Positions 1 through 9,169 of a stretch of 64,000 nt of DNA are shown piece after piece. This DNA comes from an uncultured Clostridia bacterium (lineage in GTDB: Bacteria; Bacillota; Clostridia; Christensenellales; UBA1242): contig CALWDZ010000003.1 of the NCBI GenBank assembly GCA_944376845.1, positions 59,758-123,757 of the forward strand, given 5' to 3'. The position numbers and the translations under genes are program-made. Below the pieces are notes generated by a model. It was not told the DNA's origin. It worked only from the letters and a program-made list of their open reading frames with translations, and searched no databases. Each line of letters starts with the position of its first letter. Positions within the stretch are counted from its first letter, which is position 1.

Positions 1-576
1 GCTTATCATAGTGCAGATAGTAACGCAAAACAATCAGAAAATGCACTTGTTACAATTGATGCACTCCTTAAAGAAAATAAAATTGATATATCACAAATTG
101 AGTGTATGTCGGTAGTTGTTGGGCCGGGTTCTTTCACAGGTATAAGAATTGGTCTTGGACATGTAAAAGGTATGAGTGTAGCAAAACCAAGCCTTAAACT
201 TATAGGCATCTGTTCACTTGACCTAATGGCACATATATATGTTTTACAATCAAAACCACAAAGCGACTTTTGGTGCGTAATAAATGCACTGAGCGGGAAT
301 ATATTTGCTTGTAAATATAATGCACAAGGCAAACGATGTCTTGAACCTAAAATGCTTACAGGTGAAGAGTTGGCAAGCCTTAGCGGAATAGTTGTTGGGC
401 TTAAAGATGAAAACCTGAGTATTTGTAGTGATTATATTAAATTTACTCCTAAGTTTTTATTAAGTTTGTCCGAGCAATATTATAATGAAAATAAATTCAC
501 ACCAGAAAATGAACTTTTGCCAATATACCTAAGAAAGTCACAGGCGGAGCAGTCGTATGCAGATAAGAAAAATTAA
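1..576 (+). CDS. tsaB: tRNA threonylcarbamoyladenosine biosynthesis protein TsaB (5' end outside window)
   Basis: Frame is open from base 1. VVVGPGSFTGIRIG is the TsaB/YeaZ glycoprotease-fold signature. Overlaps downstream rimI as in the conserved tsaB-rimI pair. Confidence 0.85.
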   Translation, partial: AYHSADSNAKQSENALVTIDALLKENKIDISQIECMSVVVGPGSFTGIRIGLGHVKGMSVAKPSLKLIGICSLDLMAHIYVLQSKPQSDFWCVINALSGNIFACKYNAQGKRCLEPKMLTGEELASLSGIVVGLKDENLSICSDYIKFTPKFLLSLSEQYYNENKFTPENELLPIYLRKSQAEQSYADKKN

Positions 577-991
577 ACCACAGCACAAAACCGCACTTAT
601 TGAGTTATCCAAAAGTAGTTTTGGCGAAGAGAGTTGGACGGAAAGGCAACTTGAAGATGCAATAACTGATGACAACTATATTTGCATAGCCTTGCTTGAC
701 GGCGATGAAATGCTTTCATATTTAATTGCAGTTCAAACACTTGATGACATAAATATTGTAAGCATAGCAACAAAAAGACAACATCAAAGGTGTGGCTTTG
801 CAAGTATGTTAATAAAATGGATGATAAACCTTTGCCAAAATGTAGACAAAACACTGTCACTTGAAGTTAAATCAAAAAATAAAGAGGCAATAGACCTTTA
901 TACAAAACTGGGTTTCAAAACTTTGCACTTAAGACCAAAGTACTATCGTGACGGCGACACTGCTCTTGTTATGTTTTATAGTTGCACCTAA
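557..991 (+). CDS. rimI: ribosomal-protein-alanine N-acetyltransferase (GNAT)
   Basis: 144-aa GNAT-sized product with acetyl-CoA motif QRCGFASMLI. Position directly after tsaB. Confidence 0.8.
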   Translation: MQIRKIKPQHKTALIELSKSSFGEESWTERQLEDAITDDNYICIALLDGDEMLSYLIAVQTLDDINIVSIATKRQHQRCGFASMLIKWMINLCQNVDKTLSLEVKSKNKEAIDLYTKLGFKTLHLRPKYYRDGDTALVMFYSCT

Positions 992-1734
992 GGTCACAAA
1001 TTCTCATAAATAAATATGTGATAGAATATAAAAATAGTTTAGTTAATTATTGTACAATAGGCGAAAGCGAACAAGTTATGCTCTATCTTCATGGCTGGAG
1101 CGGAAGTGTAGATAGTTTTAAACATTTAACGACATCATTAGATTATAAAAACATTCTTATAGACTTTCCGCCATTTGGGGAAAGCGAAGAGCCTAAAACA
1201 CCATACACACTTTTTGATTATGCGGAGATAGTTTATAAAATATTAAAAAAAGAAAATGCAAAAAAAATAAATATAATTTGTCATTCATTTGGTGCAAGAG
1301 TTGCAATACTTTTAATATCAATGTATAATGTGGATGTTGAAAAACTTATAATCACTGCAGGTGCAGGAATAAAACCAAAAAATAAAATAAAAAAAATATT
1401 TAGAAAAATAAAATATAAAATAATAAAAAAAATAAATAAAAAATATTTGGCAGGTTCAAGTGATTATAAAAAATTATCAAATGTTATGAAAAAAACATTT
1501 TCAAATATAATAAATCTCGATATTGCACCATATGCAAAAAAGGTAAATTCAAAAACACTTTTAATATATGGAAATCGTGACAAAGAAACACCAATTTATA
1601 TGGCAAAAAAATTAAATAAATATATTAAAAATTCAAAACTAATAATTTATAAAAATTGTGGGCATTTTGCTTATCTTGAAAATAATGTACAATTTTTAAT
1701 AGATATAAAAACATTTTTAAAAGGGGAAAATTAA
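982..1734 (+). CDS. alpha/beta hydrolase
   Basis: HGWSGS oxyanion region, nucleophile elbow CHSFGA, C-terminal CGHF histidine region and a Lys-rich lid insertion. Start codon uncertain (TTG at 982). Confidence 0.65.
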   Translation: MHLRSQILINKYVIEYKNSLVNYCTIGESEQVMLYLHGWSGSVDSFKHLTTSLDYKNILIDFPPFGESEEPKTPYTLFDYAEIVYKILKKENAKKINIICHSFGARVAILLISMYNVDVEKLIITAGAGIKPKNKIKKIFRKIKYKIIKKINKKYLAGSSDYKKLSNVMKKTFSNIINLDIAPYAKKVNSKTLLIYGNRDKETPIYMAKKLNKYIKNSKLIIYKNCGHFAYLENNVQFLIDIKTFLKGEN

Positions 1735-3353
1735 TGGACTTTTTCAGAGCCACAAATTTACATCTTTATATCGGAATAGTTTTATCATGTGTAAATGGTG
1801 TTTTGATGTGTCTTCTTGCCAGCAAATTTTTACATGTTATTCAACTCTCTGGTTACAAAATTGTGGGTTATAGGGCATATTTAAAAGAAACAAAATGGTC
1901 ATATGTAACAAGACTTGTTGTGCTTTGCTTTATGTCGGCACTTTGCGTACTTGTCACCAATTCGCTACTTGATGGCTATGGAGAATATTATTCATATCTT
2001 GGTCTTATATTCTACTTTTATTTTTGTACCGTGTTTATAATAAATGTCTATCGTGCACCACAAAAAACTCCACTAAAACAAACACACCGTATGCAACGTC
2101 TTACATTTGTGGTGTTCCTTTTAATGTCGGCACTTACTTTCGCTCTTATTATGCTATTTAGTGAATATGTTCCTTTTGTGCGTTTTGGAGTTGTCGCAAT
2201 AACACCAATATTTTTGCCAGTTATTGTTCCACTTGCTCACTTTATTTGCATACCAATGGAAAATACATTTCGTCAGGTTTATAAAAAACGTGCTAAGAAA
2301 AAACTCGCCTCTATGCCAAACCTTATAAAAATAGGCATTACAGGTAGTTATGGTAAAACTACAACAAAGCATATTTTAAATGTAATGCTCAGCACAAAAT
2401 ATAGTGTCTGTATGAGTCCACATAGTTTCAATACTCCAATGGGGCTTACAAAAGTTATAAATAATTATCTTGAAACAAACCATGAAATTCTTATTGCAGA
2501 AATGGGTGCAAGACAAGTGGGCGATATTGCATATTTATGTAATCTTATACATCCAAAACATGCCATAATCACTGGTGTTGGCAATCAACATCTTGCAACT
2601 TTTGGCACACTAGACAATATCTATAAAGCCAAAAAAGAACTGGTAGATGCAATAGAGGATGGTTATGTTTGTTTTAATGCGCAAAATGAAGGCTCTCTTG
2701 AAATGTACAATGAATGTACAAAAGACAAATACCTTTGTGGCATAGACGGTGATTATTTTGTATCTATTTCAAATATAAAAGCATCTTCTAAAGGCTCAAC
2801 TTTTGACCTTAAAATAGATGGAGAAAGCGTCAGTTGTACAACAAAACTGCTGGGCAAAAGTAATCTTGAAGATATTGCACTTGCAGCAGGGCTTGCATAT
2901 AAATTAGGTATTTCGCCACTTGGTATAAAAAATGCAATATCTACATTAAAACCAATACCACACCGCACTGAACTTATAGAAGAAAATGGGCTTACAATCA
3001 TTGATGACTCCTTCAATGCTTCGGTTGAAAGTAGTAAAAACGCACTTGAAACGCTGGCACTATTTGACGGAGAAAAAATTGTGGTTACTCCGGGACTAGT
3101 GGAACTTGGTGATAGTGAATATGCAGAAAATGTAGCATTTGGCGAAAACATAGCAAAGGTCGCCAATAAAGTGATAATAGTAAATAAAACAAATCAACAA
3201 GCACTAATGACGGGACTACTCAAAAGCGGTTTTGATGAAAATAATATACTAGAAGTTGAAACTCTCAATGATGCAAAGCAAAAACTAAAAGACATTCTAA
3301 GTGGCGGAGAAATTGTACTGTTTGAGAATGATTTGCCAGACAACTATATTTAA
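1734..3353 (+). CDS. MurF-like Mur ligase with N-terminal polytopic membrane domain
   Basis: P-loop GITGSYGKTTTKH, EMGARQVGDI, ITGVGNQHLATFG, IDDSFNAS and TPGLVELGD match MurF central and C-terminal domains. The first ~190 aa are hydrophobic helices instead of the MurF N-domain. Confidence 0.7.
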   Translation: MDFFRATNLHLYIGIVLSCVNGVLMCLLASKFLHVIQLSGYKIVGYRAYLKETKWSYVTRLVVLCFMSALCVLVTNSLLDGYGEYYSYLGLIFYFYFCTVFIINVYRAPQKTPLKQTHRMQRLTFVVFLLMSALTFALIMLFSEYVPFVRFGVVAITPIFLPVIVPLAHFICIPMENTFRQVYKKRAKKKLASMPNLIKIGITGSYGKTTTKHILNVMLSTKYSVCMSPHSFNTPMGLTKVINNYLETNHEILIAEMGARQVGDIAYLCNLIHPKHAIITGVGNQHLATFGTLDNIYKAKKELVDAIEDGYVCFNAQNEGSLEMYNECTKDKYLCGIDGDYFVSISNIKASSKGSTFDLKIDGESVSCTTKLLGKSNLEDIALAAGLAYKLGISPLGIKNAISTLKPIPHRTELIEENGLTIIDDSFNASVESSKNALETLALFDGEKIVVTPGLVELGDSEYAENVAFGENIAKVANKVIIVNKTNQQALMTGLLKSGFDENNILEVETLNDAKQKLKDILSGGEIVLFENDLPDNYI

Positions 3354-3399
3354 AATTGCCAAAATTATGGGCAAATACTTTGTTTCTGTGGTGTCAATC

Positions 3400-3434
3400 C
3401 ACACAGTCATTTAGGTAAACTAAACTCCTGCGTG
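3400..3434 (+). repeat. 35-nt conserved motif CACACAGTCATTTAGGTAAACTAAACTCCTGCGTG, second copy at 52500-52533
   Basis: Direct comparison gives about 31 of 35 positions identical to the insert of array unit Y1. Both copies are preceded by a short hairpin of different sequence. Confidence 0.7.
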
Positions 3435-3455
3435 CGGATATGTTAAAATAAAAAT

Positions 3456-4229
3456 ATGGCACAAAAGTCGGCTAAGAAAATAATATATAATATTTTAATG
3501 ATATTATGTGGACTTGTTGGTCTATGGCTTTTTCTAAGCCATATGTTACATTTTTCTTTTCCAGATTATTTTTACACAAATTACCCTAGTTTAGATTTTT
3601 ACTATGGCACAAATGTTGTTTCTATGTGGGCTGACTTGTCTTTTTTTACATATCACACCTTAATTTTCTTTTCACTTTGGTGCATTTTGTATGCAATTTC
3701 AAATTTATTTAATTTCAAAAAACTAAACACATTTTTAATAAACCCTTATGTAATGAGTTTTGTTTTTACAAATTATGTTGTAACTGTCGTTTTATATACA
3801 TTATTTGAGTTGACATCTGGGAATATTACATTTGGCTTATATGCAAATGTGCCACCAGCATATCATAATTTAGGCACAAATATAATTAGCCATTATGTTT
3901 ATTTTATTTTTGCACTTATATTATTTTTAAAAGTAAAATCATATAAAACAAAAAATAGGGGCTTAGGTTTGTTTCCAATTTGTTACTTGCTTTTATACTA
4001 TATAATAGTTAAACTCACAGGGAAATTTGCATATAACATAGAATGGTATCCTTACATTATTTTTGATGCAACATCTATTGGCAAAATTTTTGGTGTAACA
4101 AATTATGTGGCGTGTGTCTTTATTTTAATTTCATTTCTGTTATTTATTGGAGTTGTGTATATGCTTTTGTATAGAAGTTTTGTAAACTTTAAAATAAAGC
4201 AAATAGATACTACTAAAAACACCACTTGA
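3456..4229 (+). CDS. polytopic membrane protein, unknown function
   Basis: 257-aa ORF with about 7 hydrophobic segments. No recognisable motif. Confidence 0.5.
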   Translation: MAQKSAKKIIYNILMILCGLVGLWLFLSHMLHFSFPDYFYTNYPSLDFYYGTNVVSMWADLSFFTYHTLIFFSLWCILYAISNLFNFKKLNTFLINPYVMSFVFTNYVVTVVLYTLFELTSGNITFGLYANVPPAYHNLGTNIISHYVYFIFALILFLKVKSYKTKNRGLGLFPICYLLLYYIIVKLTGKFAYNIEWYPYIIFDATSIGKIFGVTNYVACVFILISFLLFIGVVYMLLYRSFVNFKIKQIDTTKNTT

Positions 4230-4237
4230 ATTTATAT

Positions 4238-4545
4238 TTCATTCTGAACCTTTTTTGTCTGAGCCTTATCTTCTGCTATTCTGACATTATCTTCCGTCAT
4301 TCTGAGCGTAAGCGAAGAATCTCAACTTTACGTCACCCTGACCACTGCTCGCTTTGACGGAGAGGAAGGGTCTCTAAGAGGATGAGACTCTTCGTCAGCC
4401 GTCAGGGAAGCCACACTCAGAGTGACTAGAAAAATGTCATTCTGAACCCTTATGTCATTCTAAACAATCTTTTGTCATTCTGAGCGAAGCGAAGAATCTC
4501 AAAGATGTCTTACTTCGCTCGACATGACAAGAGAGAGTGACATAA
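4238..4545 (+). repeat. cluster of GC-rich short repeats (S modules GTCATTCTGAG..GAAGAATCTC at 4296-4323 and 4474-4500, degenerate copies, and a 95-nt L module at 4332-4426)
   Basis: Repeated GTCATTCTGA[GA]C words. The L module GTCACCCTGACC...CAGAGTGAC recurs at 30.9 and 31.6 kb. GC content is clearly above the flanks. Confidence 0.85.
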
Positions 4546-4548
4546 AAA

Positions 4549-4585
4549 ATGGTACATCTAATTTAATATTAGATGTACCATTTTT
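4549..4585. terminator. bidirectional intrinsic terminator (also the left inverted repeat of the candidate inverton)
   Basis: Perfect 12-bp stem ATGGTACATCTA/TAGATGTACCAT with an A-run upstream and a T-run downstream. Confidence 0.75.
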
Positions 4586-4706
4586 GTACATTTTTTGTAT
4601 ATATTTTGTCTAATCACTAAGATAATATCACTTTTTGAACTATTTTCAAAATAAATTTAATAATTTTTTTTAGAAGAAGTACACCTAATATTAAATTAGA
4701 TGGTCC
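4551..4706. promoter_or_regulatory. candidate invertible promoter element (inverton) upstream of the LRR surface-protein gene
   Basis: 29-nt inverted repeats at 4551-4579 and 4678-4706 match at 25/29 when inverted and 22/29 when direct, and flank 98 bp. On the minus strand TTGAAA (4649-4644), a 16-nt spacer and TGaTATTAT (4630-4622) form a promoter that currently points away from the gene. Confidence 0.45.
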
Positions 4707-4732
4707 GGGGAAATGGGAAAAGGAGAAAAAGT

Positions 4733-6424
4733 ATGAATAGAAAGTCTAAGTTATTCTTAAGTTTAGTATCGTTATGTTTTAGTATAGCAGTACTATGTTT
4801 TGGAGTATATAGTGCACTAAGTGTAAGTTACTCCATAAGTGGTAGTGTAAGTTATGAAATAAACGATGTGTTTGTAGAGTTAAACTTAAGTGTGTATAGA
4901 GAATTATCTACAACACCAGTTAATAGTGCAACACATAATCAAAACATAAGCACAATAAAGGATGCAGGAGATACCATCTCCGAAACAGACTTTGGCAAAC
5001 TTTCATACACCGATCATGAATCCACATACGAGGATGGAGAAGTTAAACCGGGCAATGAAGATGGAATATTTGAAGCAGATTCACCAAATTTAGCCTTAAC
5101 ATACGGCTCACCAACAAACGACAATCAAGGTTATGCATTTTATATAGTAATAGATATACATAACCTAGGCAGTGAGATAATAAACGCACAAATAACAGCA
5201 CCAACATCACTAGAGAACACCATTTTACGTGACTCAGGCAATGTAGAAATAACAGCAGACGGCACAGAGAGAATAGTATTAGGTTTAGCCCTAGACGATG
5301 TAACAAAAGGTATAACAAGTGCTGACTTTACCTATACAATAACAATCACGCGTGGTGAATTGCCTATAGAACCGATAATAGATATGGATTTTGGTATTGA
5401 TGAAATTACAAAAACCGCTACGCTTGCATCTTACACCGGATCGGGTGGTGATGTAATTATACCTAATTCGATAGGCTATAATTCACTTTCTTCAAAGACT
5501 TTAATATTTAACTCAATGGAAGATATGCTATCAGGAGCGAGAGGGATATATTTTTTTCAAGATTTATATATAACACTTCCAAATCAGAAAGCACAACTTA
5601 TTGAAAATCCAGTATTATGGTATATTGATAATTTAGGAAATATCCAATCATCACCACAAAATTATTTTTCAATGACAATACAAACTGTAGAAAGTTATAC
5701 AATTGACCAAGTAGATTATGCTGAATTTAATCAAAAAATGGCACATATGGCCACGACGCTTGCTTTTGGACCTATCCAAATGATAATGCAGAACATGTCT
5801 TTAACTTCAGTAGATGTACAATATGGCACAGAAGACCAATCTTTTACTTTTAATATGGAAAACTATAATGCTTATATGGATGGTGATGATAGCCCAATAA
5901 GTACAGTAATAGATGATTTTATGTCAAAAATGGAATCTGATCCAGAATCGTTATTGCCAGTAACTTATAGTAATTTTGAATATATTGTAGTTGTTAAAGA
6001 TGGTGAATATTCTGTAACAAGTATAGGAGAGAGTGCTTTCTCTAGTTTTAGTTCACTCACTAGTATAGAGATACCAAGCAGTGTAACAAGTATAGGCTCT
6101 AGTGCCTTCAATAATTGCTCTGCTTTAGAAACAATAACCTTTGGAGCGAACTCGCAACTAGAGAGTATAGGAGGGTCTGCCTTCTCTGGTTGTTCCAACT
6201 TAACCAGCATCACAATCCCAAGCAATGTGACAAGTATAGGCGATGAGGCCTTCGAAAGTTGTTCACTAGAAACATTAACATTTGAAGATGCCGATAGTAT
6301 ATGGGTGCTTAATGATAATACCGAGATTATAATAAGTGACCATACTGCTCAAGAACTTGCAGATTTTATAACAGACAACTACACTTACATGTATTCTACC
6401 TGGACAAAAAAGCAATCAGCATAG
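4733..6424 (+). CDS. surface protein with N-terminal signal anchor, TasA-like N-domain and C-terminal BspA-type leucine-rich repeats
   Basis: RBS AAAGGAGAAAAAGT precedes the ATG at 4733. Hydrophobic N-terminus ends in FGVYSA. C-terminal repeats SIGESAFSSFSSLTSIEIPSSVTSIGSSAFNNCSALETITF are typical of the BspA/LRR_5 type. Confidence 0.75.
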   Translation: MNRKSKLFLSLVSLCFSIAVLCFGVYSALSVSYSISGSVSYEINDVFVELNLSVYRELSTTPVNSATHNQNISTIKDAGDTISETDFGKLSYTDHESTYEDGEVKPGNEDGIFEADSPNLALTYGSPTNDNQGYAFYIVIDIHNLGSEIINAQITAPTSLENTILRDSGNVEITADGTERIVLGLALDDVTKGITSADFTYTITITRGELPIEPIIDMDFGIDEITKTATLASYTGSGGDVIIPNSIGYNSLSSKTLIFNSMEDMLSGARGIYFFQDLYITLPNQKAQLIENPVLWYIDNLGNIQSSPQNYFSMTIQTVESYTIDQVDYAEFNQKMAHMATTLAFGPIQMIMQNMSLTSVDVQYGTEDQSFTFNMENYNAYMDGDDSPISTVIDDFMSKMESDPESLLPVTYSNFEYIVVVKDGEYSVTSIGESAFSSFSSLTSIEIPSSVTSIGSSAFNNCSALETITFGANSQLESIGGSAFSGCSNLTSITIPSNVTSIGDEAFESCSLETLTFEDADSIWVLNDNTEIIISDHTAQELADFITDNYTYMYSTWTKKQSA

Positions 6425-6508
6425 ATATAAATAAAAAATAGGCACGCTTGAATAATAAATTCATCAGTGCGCCTATTTGTACTCACCACTATGGTGAGTT
6501 AAGTTTTT

Positions 6509-7342
6509 TTAATATTCTGCAAGACTTGCAATACCTATGGCACCAATACCGACGTGTACACCAAAGACTGGTTCAAGGCCAACTTCTTCAATATTTTCAA
6601 GTCCAAGCATTTGTTTTAACTTTTCTGCAATTTTTGGTACATTAACTTTATCATAGATATAGCAAATATATATCTTTTTCAGTTTTTTAGGTAGTAGTGA
6701 AATTGCATCGGTTATCGCTTTTGTAAGCCCTAAAACTTTTTTTGTTATGGAAAGTTTGCCATCAGCAAATTTAAACAAAGGTTTAATTTTAAGTATGTTT
6801 GCAAGAGTTGCACCAAGTGTACCAATTCGTCCGCCTCTTTTTAATGCATCCATTGAGTCTGGAACAAATTGAATAGCAAGTGATTTTTCTATTTTTGGAA
6901 GGAGTTCAAGTAACTCATCAAAAGATATGCCCGCTTTAATGTGGTCAACAACTTCTTCAGTCATCATCCTTCCGCAAGTTGCTGCTTGTCTTGAATCGTG
7001 TGCAACAACACGTTTGCCTTCAAATGAATTTGCTGCAATTGTAGCGGAATTTATTGTGCCACTTAGTGCATTTGATATTGTAAGAATTAAAATTTCAGCA
7101 TCAGGGTCTTCACTATAAATTTTATTTATTGCATCCATAAAATCCTGAGGTGAAGGCTGAGAGGTGGTAGGGAAGTACTTTGATGTTTTCATTTTTTCAT
7201 AAAAATCTGCCCAAGTATCTTCAAACCCTTCTTCATAAATTTCTTCGCCTAAAATCATTTTTAAGCGTACAACTTCAATTTTATTTTCTTCTGCGTATTT
7301 TCTTGAAATTCCAAATGTGGAATCGACGATAAGTCTAATCAT
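6509..7342 (-). CDS. degV: DegV family fatty-acid-binding protein
   Basis: MIRLIVDSTFGIS start, preceded by AGGAGA. Length and sequence are typical of DegV. The upstream part of the tracked ORF lacks an RBS. Confidence 0.8.
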   Translation of the reverse strand: MIRLIVDSTFGISRKYAEENKIEVVRLKMILGEEIYEEGFEDTWADFYEKMKTSKYFPTTSQPSPQDFMDAINKIYSEDPDAEILILTISNALSGTINSATIAANSFEGKRVVAHDSRQAATCGRMMTEEVVDHIKAGISFDELLELLPKIEKSLAIQFVPDSMDALKRGGRIGTLGATLANILKIKPLFKFADGKLSITKKVLGLTKAITDAISLLPKKLKKIYICYIYDKVNVPKIAEKLKQMLGLENIEEVGLEPVFGVHVGIGAIGIASLAEY

Positions 7343-7532
7343 TGTTAATCTCCTAATTAAGATAAGAAAAATATATTTTCTTTTCAAATCAATTATACAT
7401 AAACACAGAAAAAAAGCAACTTTAATTGACTTATAAATTTAAACACAGTAAGTTTTGAAACAAAAGTGGACTTATTGTGACATTTTTTTGACTTAAATTA
7501 CAATAGTTTGATAAACTAAACTTGGAGTTATT

Positions 7533-8069
7533 ATGAAATTAGATGAAATTGAAGATTATATAACAAAATCTCTTTTAATACTTATGAAAGATACGCCTTT
7601 TGAAAAGATAACTATGGAAAAGGTGGCAGTAAAGGCTGGTGTTTCTAGGCGTACTATATATAGATATTTTGACAACAAGTTGCAAATCTTAGATACAATT
7701 TTTAAAAATATTGTAGATAACTATGCAAAAAAGATAAAAGATGACTTAAATTCTCATGGCAATGTACTAGTCACTAGTTTTGAGTTTATTTTAGACAATG
7801 CAGATGTTTTTATTTTGGCATATAAAAATAATTTGCTAGACAATATAACCATGGCTATAAAAGAAGTGGTTAAGGACATTGTTTTGCATCAAAACAAAGA
7901 GGCAAAAAACTGGTCTAAAAAATACTTTGATTGCTATATTTCTTTCACCACTGGAGGAATATATAGGTTACTCTATGAATGGTTAAAGACAGGTTCAGAT
8001 AAAAACCCTGTTGAAGTTTTTGATGTGTATAAAAATGTTATAGCAGATTTGGATAAAAGTTTTAGTTAA
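7533..8069 (+). CDS. TetR/AcrR family transcriptional regulator
   Basis: N-terminal HTH VAVKAGVSRRTIYRYFDNK. 178 aa. Confidence 0.8.
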   Translation: MKLDEIEDYITKSLLILMKDTPFEKITMEKVAVKAGVSRRTIYRYFDNKLQILDTIFKNIVDNYAKKIKDDLNSHGNVLVTSFEFILDNADVFILAYKNNLLDNITMAIKEVVKDIVLHQNKEAKNWSKKYFDCYISFTTGGIYRLLYEWLKTGSDKNPVEVFDVYKNVIADLDKSFS

Positions 8070-8193
8070 TTTCTATTATGATGCCTGTATGTATTAAATT
8101 ATATAATTGATTATATACTAATTTATAGGTAAAACTCAAAATTGCTTTGAAAGTATTTTTATCTATGCTATTATAAAAAAACAAGGAGTAAAA

Positions 8194-8811
8194 ATGGAAC
8201 AGAATGAAACAATCGTTGAGGTTGTAGGGGAAGAAAAAAAGAAAAATATTAAAAATCTAATTATAGCAGGCCTTTTATCTGCTTTGTCCGGTTTATTAGG
8301 CTGTCTTGTACTTGGTTTTTTGCTTTCTGTTGGGTTTGTTGCTTCAATAAGCGGTATCATTATAACGGCAGCGATGTTTTACACATTTCAAAAATTCTAT
8401 AAGACAAATTCTAAGTGGCTTTATGTATATATTGTTAGCGTGGCAATAGTTGAGATTTTTCTAACGGTTTTGATTGCCGATGGGCTCATTGTTCAAACTA
8501 TAGTGCGTGCAAATGAGGGGCTGATAATTTCCTTTGGTGAAGCAATAAGTTTAATTTTTTCAGAAGGTGAACTAATTGGTGCATTTTTTACTGACTTTTT
8601 GATGTCTGTTTTGTTTGCACTTATTGGAATAGGTATTATGATATTCGACCTTGTTCAAAGACAAAAACGTAGAGAAGCAGTTGTATCATCAATGACAAGT
8701 GAAATAAAAAAAGAAAATGAAGCAGTGTTTACACCAGCGACAGTTGTTGAAAAAGAGGATGATAAGACTGATAAAAACCAAGATGTGGATGCTGATTCAG
8801 ATAAACAATAA
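8194..8811 (+). CDS. membrane protein with acidic C-terminal tail, unknown function
   Basis: ORF with about 4 hydrophobic helices. RBS AAGGAG lies upstream. Confidence 0.5.
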   Translation: MEQNETIVEVVGEEKKKNIKNLIIAGLLSALSGLLGCLVLGFLLSVGFVASISGIIITAAMFYTFQKFYKTNSKWLYVYIVSVAIVEIFLTVLIADGLIVQTIVRANEGLIISFGEAISLIFSEGELIGAFFTDFLMSVLFALIGIGIMIFDLVQRQKRREAVVSSMTSEIKKENEAVFTPATVVEKEDDKTDKNQDVDADSDKQ

Positions 8812-8866
8812 TTTGCTGTTGTAAAACATAACGAATTGTGGTACAATTAAAAACATAGGAGTAATT

Positions 8867-9169
8867 GTGCCAAAAGATGGTGATGGCTTTGTCTGTGATG
8901 ATCAAGGCCGTGCCATAATAAATGTCGGCGCAGAAAATTACGACGACATTTTTTCACCATATTGTTATAAAGGCGGAGATACACTTTCGTCATCTCTTGT
9001 GGAATATTTAAATCAAAAATCAAATGTTATTTCGCTTGAGTATGACTTAACAATTAAATTTCATGTAAAAGATGCAAATGTTGCAAAACCACCCCAAACA
9101 TCGAAATCGTTGAGTTTGAACCATATTAAAAGGAACTTTCATGTATTATCAAATTTTTCATATAGGTAA
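8867..9169 (+). CDS. hypothetical protein (GTG start, 3' end overlaps the GT2 gene; possible frameshift near 9096-9105)
   Basis: RBS AGGAG lies 5 nt before the GTG. The +1 frame after the AAAACCACCCC run ends ...NIEIVEFEPY just before the GT2 RBS. Confidence 0.35.
   Translation: MPKDGDGFVCDDQGRAIINVGAENYDDIFSPYCYKGGDTLSSSLVEYLNQKSNVISLEYDLTIKFHVKDANVAKPPQTSKSLSLNHIKRNFHVLSNFSYR

Noticed and set aside
6448-7118. Plus-strand ORFs 6448-6645 and 6927-7118 antisense to degV. Also many other 60-140-aa antisense ORFs inside large genes (for example 2753-3166, 16261-16680, 27106-27507, 39124-39561, 53360-53919).
   Set aside because: They are fully nested in strongly supported genes on the opposite strand or frame. 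They have no motifs and no translation signals.
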